In this document: one piece after another, positions 40,571 to 53,454 of the stretch
Position numbering within the stretch: the stretch's first letter is position 1
How the letters are laid out: each line of letters opens with the position of its first letter
NCBI GenBank assembly: GCA_051294905.1
Contig: CM119372.1
Span: forward strand, 28,956,001 to 29,020,000
DNA from: Botryllus schlosseri
Taxonomy: Eukaryota
Direction: 5' to 3'
Length of the DNA stretch: 64,000 nt
Program-made: the position numbers and the translations under genes
The notes under the pieces: generated by a model
The model's input: only the letters and a program-made list of their open reading frames with translations
What the model was told of the DNA's origin: nothing
The model's database searches: none

Positions 40571-43117
40571 ACGGAGGGTAATCCTACATTACAGCTGGCT
40601 CTCCTATTGCAACAACAATCAGTCATATTTCTTAGTCGAATTTGCTTTTCCTCCTGGTTGTTAATTATATACCTATTTATACACTTCAAGAGATTGTAGG
40701 AGGTACGGAGCTTCAGTATTCTATTGAATATTAAATTCATATTTTATTAAATTCAAATATTTTCGGCTGACATTCCTCAGGGGTATTCGTTAGCAACTAG
40801 TAGAGAATTGAAAAGGACTTTGTATTTCAACAGTCGTATCACCAAATATGACGTCACAGCCATGAACATTCGAATAATTGAAGGGAACAGATGGCTTAAG
40901 CTTAATGTACTATTTAAAAAAATATATAAACGAACTCCCGTTGTCATAACCTAGGTTTGTGGATTTTGATACAAGTCGACACTTAGTTTATGTCAACAGA
41001 AATATCGTAGTATAGGTTGGATTGAGATATTTCAACACCAACCATAAAAGGGCTATTCCAACGATTATATTCCATGAAATGGGCTTTACCGCACTTGCAG
41101 GGCATAAAAAATTGACCATAGCATCCAACAGCCGTCATTCCGTGTCTCTGAACGGCTAAGGGCGGAGCTGCTCTCGGTAGCTGCGTTTATATAGAAAAGG
41201 ATTTATTTGTTGAAACAATTCTATCTTTGCTATCTTTAGCTTCGTCACAGGCTGGAGTTTACACTAACGTATATCATATGGTGGTTCCCGTAGGTATCAG
41301 AATATGTTGATAATAAAGGAAGATATAGTGCTGTATAATTTTACGATTAGGCTACATATAAGATACTCCACGCTTCTACAGCAGTGGTTCGCAACCGGGG
41401 TACTGCAGCACCCTGCTTTCCTTTTAGAAGGCTCAAGGGCAGTCTTGTACAACTAGAAAATTTTGAGCTTTTCAAAATTAGATTAGAATTAGAATTACAA
41501 ATGCAGCTACACAGTCCTTTAAAAATTAGATTAAAATTAAAATTATAACTACAATCATTTAAAAACTATATCAACATTAAAACTACTGAATTCGCAAGAA
41601 CTTTATCGACAAGCTCAAAGTAAGGGCGAAGTGATTCTAGGAGTTGGTTCTCATTTTTACCCTCTTCTCATCTTCGTCAGAATGTCTTGAATCAGGGTTA
41701 AACCTCATCTCCTGCGTAGATTCGTTCATGTCAATACTCATCCACGTATTGCAATACTGAGTAATTGAGTATTGATGAGAATCTAAATTGTTGATTATTC
41801 ACGCAACTAGACTATACAAAACAACTAGTTAAAAAGAATAAGTGCCAAATAGGCTATGTGGCGGTAAACCTATACTCTCTATTCATTGCCGCGTTGTCAG
41901 CCTACAGACTACTCTACTATGCCAGTGTGACTAATAACGTAAAAATAACCGCTATCACGGTACTCGAGGCGACTACGGCTTGGCGCTGGTTTTCCCTGTC
42001 TGAGGAATATTCATGTATTTGATGAAATACGTCGCCGACAAAGTGGCATTTCAGAGAAACCAGAAATTAAATCCGAATTAGGATTAGAACGTAGAAATAT
42101 CTCACAAATTAGATTAGAATTTGTATTAGAGCATTTCACAAATTAGATTACTGACATTTCGCTTGAAATCAAACGGAGGACCTTCAAACATCAAAATTAC
42201 CCCTAAATTTAATTACGAAAAATGGATGCAACTCCAATGTAATATTGGAAACTTTATTTAATGGAGCCTTTTTAATATTAGATTTGAAACTCGCTGACTT
42301 TTCGGTAAGCCTTGAAGGAAATACGACTTTGCCGTTTGTTACAGCCTCTATACTGCGACTTGTTGCTAAATTGCATTTTCCGAATTTAACGATGTTTGTT
42401 TAGTAGTCTCTGCTTTCACATGTAACTTGTCCGGAATGAGTTTAAGGCTACTTCTAAACAGTTTCGTACAGCACTTGCACCATTGTGATGTACGCTCGAA
42501 CTAAATCATCAACGGTCTATTACAGACCTCGGCATTTACGGCCCGCGACGCGATGCTGGCAGGTCCGCGAAAAGATTATTGGATTTTAAAACATGAAACC
42601 TACTTTCGAACGTAATGCGTGGACTAAACCAAAGGCTGTATAAACTGAACCGGACTTGCGCTTGCTTCGAAGCCTGTTTATTTGTGTACCTTGATCACTT
42701 CGCCTATACGCGTGTCGTATGCATAATTCAGATTCAAAATAAATTCGATGTACCAAAGTTTGTCGCAAAAATTTAGTTTCTGAAAACGCGCGAGTAACTT
42801 ATGTAATCATCAATTTAAAGCTCCGATGGGACTCTGTTGTCGGTGATTCCCCAAATGCCGTTGCTGCCGCCAAGGCTACCGATACAACAAAGATATTCCA
42901 CTCCGGTAATAGAAATGCCGAGCCTATTGCTGCGAAATGCGAAATTATTGCTTCGATGACGCCCAATTCATCGAAGAGGAGATTACTGAAGGAAGATGCT
43001 ATTGAGAAGTCGGTCTGTCGGTGGCGAGATCAGATTCTGGTAACGAATGATAAGCACCACAAAAAGCGGCTAGTGATCGACTGACTATCCTGAACGAATT
43101 ATAGATACAGGACTACT

Positions 43118-43338
43118 CAGAGGTGGTCAGTAACGAAGTACTTCTACTTTTTGAAGTACTTGAAGTAGATTTTGCCTACTCACACTACTTTACCAGTAGT
43201 TATGATTTTGGACTACTTCTGCTTGATAGTTTTCAGTTTTGTAGGCAGAATTAAGCGTAGAATACCTACTTACATACTTGTGAACCACCACTCCTAATTC
43301 TACTTGAGTAGCGACGGTGACTACTTTGACCACCTCGG
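43118..43338. mobile_element. Small hAT MITE (AAGTA/TACTT repeats)
   Basis: cagaggtggtca...tgaccacctcgg; flanks ggactact/ggcctact; related ends at about 985-1070 and 54400-54512. Confidence 0.8.
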
Positions 43339-43505
43339 GGCCTACTCCTCTGGTAGCGTATAGTCACTACCTGAAATCGAGGATATTCTAATTAAGTCGA
43401 TTTGAAATCCGCCTATATCACGATGGGCCACCAGGTTGCCCGTACGACCATCTTTTTACTGTTTTCGAACCTGACGGTAATTTATACCAATATCATCAAT
43501 TATCA

Positions 43506-43718
43506 TTAGGTATAACAAACGGCTTCGTAAGCGTTCCAGAGCGTCATAGACAATTTTATTCGAAATCATAACTTGCAAATAACGATTGCTTACATTGACG
43601 GTGTTACCGTTTATGGCAAAATTAGAGAAGAACACGATAAGAGCTTGAACCTTTCGTGACTTCAACTAAGGTAGACGGGACGGCGCTCAATGAGAAGAAA
43701 TGTGTGTTCTCTGTTGAG
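43506..43718 (+). mobile_element. Ty3/Gypsy reverse transcriptase fragment (decayed)
   Basis: LGITNG / AFQSVIDNFIRNHNLQITIAYIDGVTVYGKIREEHDKSL / LNEKKCVF; YIDD mutated to YIDG; frameshifted. Confidence 0.75.
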
Positions 43719-46149
43719 ATATTATCGCTTCACCTCATTTCCCATGGCAATACTCCACTTCTGCTTGTCATCTGAAACATTTGATAGAGATGCCTATCTC
43801 TAACAATACCAAAGTCTGAAGAACTGTCTGGGTACGTTCGCTCATTATTCGAAATGGATAACTTCGTTTTCGGAAAAAGTGAAACCTTTGAATCCGAACA
43901 ATGGATTCCTGTTGCAGGTGGATGAACTGGGGCCTATATCAAAACATAAAAATAGTATTTAAGGACTTCGGCTAAGTTGAAAACTGTATATGACGACCGA
44001 CCCTTCGAGAAGCTTGTGGTGCATCCCACTCCTCGCCGTCATACCAAGGCAAAAAGCACTGTAGTGTTCATGTTAAATATTTGATGTGGTGTCTCATGAA
44101 AATATGTGCCAGCGCCTATCTTGGAAATTTTCGTTGTTTGGTGCCCCCCATATATTTTAATGACTGTACTAAAGACGATGGGGTAGAGGTCCAAGTCCGG
44201 TCGATTTTGTCGGGTTTTTGCCGGGATTTTGTCGAACCTTACTATTGGAACCATTTCGCGCTTGAATAGCGCCCTATGGCCACTCGGACCAATTAACAAT
44301 CCAATAATTGTATGCACTATTTTCGGGATCAAATCAAGGTTCATCAAACTATTGTTGGGTAAGGGTTCATATACCTATCGGGTGTAAGCCCAATATACAC
44401 ACCTCGGGTGACGATGTGTTTTGTATCTCTCGAAAACAAGGATATTTAGTTAATCGTTTGGTCAGAAAGCTTCAAATAATGCCTACTGTACAAATGGCTC
44501 TCACCCCTAAAAGTGGTGTGGAACAACTCTTCCAAATTTTGAGGCGCAGTGTGCTGCAATATATAATACCTATTAGTTTAAAACATTTTGTCGGGAGAAT
44601 CCCTATCTAGTGTGATCGAACTGGGAAATTTTGCTATCTAAATTTACGCGCATGATGCTTAAAACACATTTTTGATGAAATACAGTAACCACTGCATTCG
44701 CGGAAATACTAAACACATCGTCGGTACTTGCTATATTTCGTGCAAAGCTCGACGAACATTTTTGATAATTGATGAATATTGTTTGGAATGAATGAATGAA
44801 TTTTGCATCGGGATGTCAAGGATATATAGAGCTGTGAAGCTTAGTATCCCCATGACCACTACTACATAATCTGCTCTGCTACGTCATTTTTCTTCGGCGC
44901 CCCCATAACGTCTCATAGCCTCCCATATCGCCCCTTTAGTGTTTCTGCCCCTTCCAATTCCATATCGCCGCAGGGGGTTGGAGCGCTCCCGACATGGTTA
45001 AGAACCACTGATCAAAAGCAAGAGTTCCTAATAGGAGTATATTCTGCTGCACCTGCCATTCTTTGAAGTTGCTCGCCCAAGAAGAGCAAGCAACCTTTTC
45101 AATAAATAATTATTACAAATAATGTGCCGCGTCTTAGATGTTCTATATTGCTTGAGAAAGAAGCCTTTCCGGTTGGGAACATTACTGTTCAATCCTCTCA
45201 CCATGGTACTCTGATCGAATACGTCCTACTCACTGGACGACAAATATAACGATAAAAAATGATGTAAAATACTATAAGCATAGATCTGTTGCAAAATACC
45301 ATTAGAAGTCGAGCACCAATACTAAACTTATACAACATCAGCAACCACAACAGCGCGCGGTTGACGTTCGCGCTTTGTGTATGAACCTCACTAATTTAGA
45401 GGTTCTTTGCATTTCAACTTCGGACCACTCTCCGCATGGTGCTGGTAAGGTTGCGTGGAAAGAAATTCAGCACTAATCAAACATGCACCTTGTCAATCTC
45501 ACAACTATTTTGGCCGAAAGTTTGCTCGATATATTCAACTTACTTTTGTGAATATTTTGTTACTCTCCGCCGTGAGCTTTGCCCGCAATCACAAAAAGAA
45601 CGAAATACACTATTTGTACCAAATTATGCTTAATCAACCACTATATTATTTACATCAACGAAATTCATATATATAATGTATCTTTGTGGAACGTAAAAAA
45701 TATATCAGGCGTGCGAGAGCTACCTTGATTTGCTATGCTTATTGTATCATGAAAACCAAATCCGTCCGATTTGGGTGCTGGCAACTGTTAACTTGTTTTT
45801 GAGATAATATCTGGCGAAAGTATAGAAACCGGTGTTTCACTCTGATCAATATCGACGTAGTAGTAGTCTGACTATGTTTTAAGAATATATCTGTCCGGCC
45901 CTGCTGAGTCATCGTCGAAATTGTCAGCAAAGCGAAGAAAAATATTGATTTTATGGAATTATTAGAGAATTTGATTGTTCCAGTTGATACATTTGGTGGT
46001 GATTAAAAAGGCAGCATATATGTCAGCATTATGGCATAATTTAGCCTGAGTCGTCGCTAAGAACCTTGTACATTAGTATATTAATTTACGGAAATGTAGA
46101 GTTGGAATTAGCAACATGATGATACTTGACGTCAAAGGTCCGTGTTCAC

Positions 46150-48571
46150 TAGGGTTGTTCAGAATTGATCGACTTTCAAAATGTTGTGGTTTTCAGTCCG
46201 ATTCCCATGCCTTATACCATAAAAACATATTCTAGGTACTTTTTTTCGTAATTCATCCCTTGCATCCGTGTGCACATTGAGCTGGAAGAATATCGGCTAA
46301 AAATAGGGGATTCCCCTAAAATTTGAGTGTCGCTATTCGGACTAGGCTAGTAAAACGTCATATATAAGCTGGTTTTATGTAGCTATTGCGGTTGGAGTGC
46401 TACATAACCTCACTATAGAATGTATTGTCAGTTCAGGACACCATTTTCATGTCCCACACTGCCTTAGAACTCCTCAAAACTGCCTTAAGACTGATAGTCA
46501 TTTTGTTGGATCACCTATTCTACACTCCTCAACCCTATCCGAGATTGTTCATCAATTGCCGGGATCACCACGTGCAAGAATACAACTGTAAATGTATCAT
46601 TCACTCACAGCCACATTATAAACATCACATTGTTCATAGGAAAAGAAACAAAAAGGCAAAGAAACAGACCAACTTGGCAAATACTACTTAAATCAGGTCC
46701 GGATGAAATAGTTGCTTTAGAGAAATCGGCATATCTGTTCCCGTTATCTTCCACGGCTTGTAAGAGGCTCGGTATTCAATTTCACCAAACGCTCTGCTGT
46801 GCCGTTAACTATTTCAACGCTACTCACAAATTCTTGAGCAGTCACGAAATGCGAATCAGTATGCCATTCCGAAACTGGAAGACTAAACCAATCATGTTCG
46901 ACATGTATAGCATTGGATAGAAACCGTGACTTCGGTTCAATTAAAGCAACCATACTCATTGACTCAGAGACAGAGTCAGAGATTAGACTCAGAGGTATAG
47001 CCTACCTCTGCGAAATTGTTCAAGGATTGGCATTTGCAGCAATTTAGCAGCCATCGCTTCCTTCACTTTGTCAGGAATCTTTGGTTTAGCCGAGAACATT
47101 GTTGATACCACCGTTTCCTCGGTGAGATGCCAATGATGTTCTCGCATCTTTTTATATGCCACATCAGCAACTGTGAAATCGCACAATGAAAAGTCTGTCA
47201 TGCCATGAAGGAATTTGAGATCAATATACTGTGCGTCACATGCATTACCAGTTTTCAACCAAGCTGGGACATAAAACAGGGCAACTTTCTAATGAACTCT
47301 TCAGAATAGCCCATTTGCTCTCTCCACATGAACATTTTTGACAGTAGGCTACAGCACTTGACTCATCCATCCAGTGCTATTAGTAGCACCAGGCTTGCGA
47401 AAACGATTATCAATATATTGGGCAGCTACAATCGCCAAGGTGCCTGTTGCACATTCTCTGTAGTCATTTATTATCAAGACTTCTTTCTGCTTTCCATTAT
47501 ATGGCTTCATCAGTGGAATTATTTCTTGCTTAGCTTCATCATCTTTGATCGCCAACCAGCTGCATTCATCAAACTGAAGTGTTTTAAAGCTTCTTAATTG
47601 ATCAATATCTTTCCACTTCTTGGAAGGTATTAAAATCTGTGTTTTCAGGGCCTGTGGTCGCAGATCGAAATACACTTCACTTCCAGACCGCCCCGGATGA
47701 CTAGTTCATAAATATGATGGCGACAAGCAGAAGTAGAAAGTAGAAAACTTTCCTGTTTATCAATTCTTCAAGTAACAGAACCGCACCTTCATTTTTTCCA
47801 TTGTTTGAGGGTGTTGTGTCAAACACAAGAGCTCTGACATTATTTGTTAAATATTAAAGTTCCAGCAGTTCAAATGACAGATCAGCCTGTGCTTTTCCTG
47901 TAGCACTCTCCAGAGTTCGATTGCCAAGAAGTTTGCCTTTCTCAAATGCGTTGGAATACGCAGACTATGCCAGCACTGCCAAGGCCGCAAATTTCCCTCC
48001 GAAACGACTTCTAGTGAGCTTTGCATCCCAGTGCAATACAATGTGCCAAGTTGATCTGTTTCTTTGCCTTTTTGTTTCGTTTCCTTTGAACAATGTGATG
48101 TTTATAATGTGGCTGTGAGTGAATGATACATTTACAGTTGTATTCTTGCACGTGGTGATCCCGGCAATTGATGAACAATCTCGGGTAGGGTTGAGGAGTG
48201 TAGGATAGGTGATCCAACAAAATGACTATCAGTCTTAGGCAGTTTTGAGGAGTTCTAAGGCAGTGTGGGACATGAAAATGGTGTCCTGAACTGACAATAC
48301 TTTCTATAGTGAGGTTATGTAACACTCCAACCGCAATAGCTACATAAAACCAGCTTATATATGACGCTTTACTAGCCTAGTCTGAATAGCGACACTCAAA
48401 TTTTAGGGGAATCCCTATTTTTAGCCGATATTCTTCCAGCTCAATGTGCACACGGATGCAAGGGATGAATTACGAAAAAAAGTACCTAGAATATGTTTTT
48501 ATGGTATAAGGCATGGGAATCGGACTGAAAACCACGACATTTTGAAAGTCGATCAATTCTGAACAACCCTA
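46150..48571 (-). mobile_element. Decayed hAT-superfamily (probably hATm-like) transposon with ~530-bp TIRs
   Basis: Arms 46150-46679 and 48044-48571 are near-identical inverted copies; TSD gtgttcac; fragments NDYRE..FRKPGA...WM, YVPAW, HHWHLTEE and VNGTAERLVKL. Confidence 0.88.
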
Positions 48572-50042
48572 GTGTTCACGTTCGCGTTGATAGAACCTTT
48601 CAAAATGGTTCGCGTTCACATGAACCAGAATCTTTTAGCCGTACGCACTATCCCTATTCCCTAGTTCGTTCCTAAAAGATTTTGGCGCGAACCCTTTCAT
48701 TTTTGTGAGTCTTCAGGGACACACATGCAGACAGTTTACCAGTCCCAATATCAATTATGACATATATATTGATATTGTTTCGGCATTTAAGTAAACCCTT
48801 ATTCAAGATCATTCTAACAGTGAAATAGTTCATGACCCGATCAATATCATTCGAAGCTCATTGCCTGCCAGCTGATGCGTTCCCTCGAATTAGAATACAT
48901 ATATTTGTTATCATGTTACTGCGATATGTGATTAGACGCGACAATACGGTAGTACTTCAACACGCTTATGATACGCACATTGCGAATCTCCACATGTCGG
49001 ATTTCCGTATCAGTAGCAGAGAGCCCTCCACTGACCGCTGTGTCTACGGTAGTTTACTACTAGAACAAGGTATTGTAGACACGAATTCAGTGGATAAGAA
49101 AGGTTTTGTGCCGCAACTGAGAACATTACCGGCGCGATGAATGACGAGCGGTGTGGTGATCTATACGTATCTCACGACTTCAACGCTAGAAACTAACCCG
49201 GTTGTCATTCTAATCAGTAGGTGAACCGGACAAATGCCCTGCTCAACCGACTACAGATCTTAAAATTCCACATTCTACATTTGAAACACAAAATCATTAA
49301 AACTGAGCGGCTGTTTAAAGACGTCGCTAATATAATCGAGTTCGAATTGTTCTTTTTTATTTTTTGAAACGGTGGCTCGCAATATCCTTATTGGCACATT
49401 GGCATAATGGTCAAGCGATAATAGTGCATGTGACTTCTGCGCTTGTAACACTGGATTAAAGTTAGGTCTGGGTTAAGTTAAGGTTATAGTTGAATTTTGG
49501 GAGTTGGGATGATTTGGGGTTACTTTTAAGTTTATAAAGTTACATGCTCATGTGTCGCGTGCTCAAGCGTTGTTTATCATTGTCTCGCATGTTAATATGT
49601 AGGGGAACCTTCCGTACAAGATGGATTGCAAGTATTCCACTGAATGTCCATAAATCCAGAACAGAAACGAACTAATTATTTCACCATATAGTTCGAACAA
49701 AGAACAGCAGCGTATTGTGGTCAGATGTTGAAGAAGGTTGACAGTGCAAAAGTTCATCACCCGATTCATATCTTCCAAGGCTTTTCATCTGACAGCTGAT
49801 GCGTTCCTTCAAATTACAATGTTTATTTTTACCATATGGCACTGCGATACGTGTTTGGTACTTCAACGCATTTCCGATACGAACATTGCTAATCGGCATA
49901 TGTCAGACACCCGTGACAAGGCATGATAGGCGACTTAACTTATTTGCAGTGTTTGCGGTACTACAAGAACAAGGTATTGCAAACACGGAGCCAATTGATT
50001 GACCTTTTTGTACCACTGCTAACATATTACCTCACGAAGCTG

Positions 50043-50501
50043 GGAAGCGGGTGGCGGAGTGTTCTAAGAGACATCACCACGACACCAATGGTTGTTGGTT
50101 CTAGTCTTGCCCCTATCAAGTTTCTATGTGTCGGAGGTTTCTCTGGCCGCCTCATCGGTGACCTTACTGCCGGAGCAGGGTTTCCAAAGCCCAGGGTGAA
50201 GGTGAGCCGAGCCAAAAGTCGGCAGCAAAGTTCAAGCTACGGGCGCATGGAAGACGAGAGTGACCGATGATGAACAGGAACTAGCATGGAAGTCGTCTGA
50301 AACATTACAAAGGCCTGATGGACTGAAACTACTGAAAATAATTTCGTGGCGCAAATGACCAGGCGATGAGAGCCACTGTGTGTGTGTGCGTGCGTGCGTG
50401 CGTTTGTGTGTGTGTGTGTGCGTGCGTTTGTGTGTGTGTGTGTGCGCGCGCGTGCGTGCGTGCGCGAGCGTGTGTGCGCGTGTGCGCGCGTGTGCTGCGT
50501 G

Positions 50502-50532
<31 letters not shown>

Positions 50533-50557
50533 ATTAAACAAACGAACAAACAAACAA
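50043..50557 (+). mobile_element. tRNA-derived SINE with an internal TG/CG microsatellite and (AAAC)n tail
   Basis: A-box-like tggcggagtg, B-box-like ggttctagtc; perfect 14-bp TSD acctcacgaagctg at 50029-50042 and 50558-50571. Confidence 0.85.
50377..50532. repeat. Compound (TG)n/(TGCG)n microsatellite
   Basis: Read directly from the sequence. Confidence 0.97.
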
Positions 50558-50849
50558 ACCTCACGAAGCTGACGACCAATGTGGCTTTTCCCTGATTCTC
50601 CGCTTTAGAAATTAAGCCTGTTTTCCCCCCAATACCAGAGACACGTATTAAATATTTACATTTCCTCTTCTGAGCATCAATTCTTTTTTTCAATTTTCAA
50701 ACGAGCGCGTCGTCATTCAAAATGGATGCCAATGCGGGTATTGCGTCCTATTGGTCAAATAACAGCAGATAATCTGGTCTATACATGAGAAGTCCGAAAT
50801 CCTTCATAAGTAGTGTGCCAAATGTCAAAATAATAACAACTCCAGTGTT

Positions 50850-51700
50850 TGTCAAATATTCTTGTAAGTTTGGCTTTGCATTCTAAAATACCCATTCTAA
50901 TCTGGAAGATTTCCGTAAAGATAAGTCCTCTGGACCAAGAAGGTGCCCAGTATATTTGTACCTTGCGTGGATTGGCATAGTTAGTAACAGGTGTGAAAAG
51001 CAAATTAAATCTTCCGTAAGTCATGGTTTTCCACAAGCGAAACACCATAACATAATCACTACGAAATCTTTACTACTCGCAACGCGTAAGCATGTGATAC
51101 CTGCAATTAATCGGAGTACCATAATTTACCAACATATGAGCAGATGCGACAGTCGGTATGTGGGTTGCACATTTCAGCGTCTGCGACAAGGAATCAGTCA
51201 ACATGTTCCACGTCAGATTAGAAAATCGCAAAGTTATTATATTTCTGCTTCGTCATCACAGTATCTAGTTAGTAGTTACCATGCGCGACTAAGATAAAAT
51301 AACAGCATGTAACTCTGCCATCGGTCAGCACCTCTTGAAACACCGCAAGTGCGCCAAACATTATAATAGCAATAAGTTTTTTATAGTTGCTCGTAGTAGT
51401 CCTCTTTTTCATTTAAAGGTCCCCGAATCTATCATTAGAACGATGCAAAGCAGATCCACTGCCGCCAAAAGGAACATTTCTATACCCTGGGAATATTTCA
51501 GTTGTGTCGTGTTGTCATTCGACTATAGCCGAATTTGTCTCTGTTGTAACGCGACCGTGCGTTTTCATCCAGAGTTTATAACTCAGTGTCTTTTTCATTA
51601 TTGCGTCATGACGACAATATTTTTTTATATTTCGAATTTTGTTAATCGCATTTACTGACGTTAGCTTCTGACGAGGATCACTCACAAAGCTTCGAGTGGA
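50850..51700 (+). mobile_element. Older Penelope-like 3' fragment (GIY-YIG), frameshifted
   Basis: ATRKHVIPA..STIIYQHMSRCDSRYVGCT.QRL...ISQHVP and SAIGQHLLKHRKCAKHY, collinear with 16360-16833; degenerate hammerhead at 51664-51697. Left boundary approximate. Confidence 0.85.
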
Positions 51701-52493
51701 GTAAATTTGGCAATATGAACATATTGATTGTTGCGATGTTCATTGTTAAGTAAGTCCGAAATGTCCTACAGAAGCGCTGCCAAAATCGTTAGCTGAATCT
51801 GGGGAGGAAAAACGATTACCGAAACCATCGATTACTGCATGAATATGTAGAAGACCTCCGATAAAACAACTGCAACAGAGAATTTATTACTATTCTGACC
51901 GCCGGGTCGGCCAGATAGATAAGAAGGAGCGTGAAAGCACGAAATATCAATGCTGTCATTGGCGGCGGTATAGAGCACTGCTTCTGAAAATATATTGCTC
52001 CAAAGCTGTGAAATCGAAATCAGTTTCAACGGCACTGGCTCGCATGGCCTGTCATGGCAATGGCACCATGCCTGGCCACGCGGTCAGTGAGCAGCTGTGT
52101 ATAAGTTTTATATACAGACGGGGTTCGTGGGTAAAATAAATGTAGGTACCAAACTGTCTTAGATTGAGAATGTTAATTATGACTCAGTTTTCTACTATCA
52201 CTGGGCTTACTTCTACTAATGCCGAGTTGGGTGTTTCATCGAACGGTTTAGTGCTAACTACCAGGATGTCGCTTGGTTTTAAGTAGCCTATCATACGTTC
52301 CAGCTGTGGCCTAACCAATAAACATCATTGTCCAAACTGCATCCCTGGTGTCGCGAACGAAGGGTGTTGGAATTAATGAGGGCGTCAAAAACGTCACGGG
52401 GAGTGCCAAACTTCTTGAGAGAAATGATGCATTTTCAACTCAGAATGAGGTTGATTGTAAGCGGAAACTTTCAGGTCGTGGACAATAGCAATA

Positions 52494-53454
52494 GGGGAGA
52501 TGTGGTACCGATGGATCACTGGGACCGAAAATACTTTGAAAATTCTCTATGATAATTACATGATTACACTCCGTGAACTTGTCTACAATTGCATGCTGGC
52601 AAAATCTTTCCGCACATACAAAATAATTCGACGTGCGCGAGCAACGGGGTCTCTCACTGATGGTTTTTGTTTTAGGGGGTGTAAACTAAATTTAGATCGA
52701 CATATACATTCTTCTTTGTAACCTTCAACACGAACAAACCAGCAATCATTTTTATTGTGAAGTGTAGGAATTGTATCAGGCTGTATAATGGCACCTATTA
52801 TTTTTTTCAGTACTTTTCTTGAGTGGACTTTTTTTCGATTCATGTATAAAATTCGTAGGGTGGGGACCGATGATACAATAGCCAAATCAAGCAAAATAAT
52901 CAAGCATACTAATCATGAAACAAATGAAACATGTCTACGTACAGAAAATCTTTATGTTATAATTGAATATGATGTTTTATCGCTATAACGAGGTATTTGG
53001 AAGTCACACTGTCGATTTTCGGACAATGTGTATGTACCCTCAAATTTATAAGTCCGAGCCTAAATCGAAACGTGATTTTATGACAACATTTGAGTTAATA
53101 TTTATTCTACTTTTTGACAGTTGCGACCAAACATTCTTCTTTGGCTTGCTGTGGCTTAGATTATAATACTGAGCAAGAAAGTAGTCAAATTTGAGTTTTT
53201 TAGGGTATATGTGTCATAGGTCCCCGGGTCGCGTGTCATTGGACCCACCGGGTGGGGACCGATGACACGTTCGAGCAACAAATTTTGAACGCCCATAAAT
53301 ATTTTTTGAAAAGACGGATATTCATGTATATGTGCGTGATAGGTAGAGCTTGTATCAAAGTGCTGAGCCAGCAAAAGATCTGCTGTTTTCAGCTGAACAT
53401 TTCAGGGCCAGCGATCATTTTCCGATTTTTGATCCATCGGTACCACATCTCCCC
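52494..53454. mobile_element. MITE with ~25-bp TIRs (ggggagatgtggtaccgatggatca), flanked by TA; superfamily uncertain
   Basis: Perfect terminal inverted repeat; a second, inverted and interrupted copy lies at about 57012-61182. Confidence 0.85.

Noticed and set aside
50043..50115. tRNA gene
   Set aside because: Has A/B-box-like motifs but no convincing cloverleaf; it is the head of a TSD-flanked SINE.
50232..50693. His/Thr- and Cys/Val-rich ORFs
   Set aside because: Translations of the TG/CG microsatellite inside the SINE.
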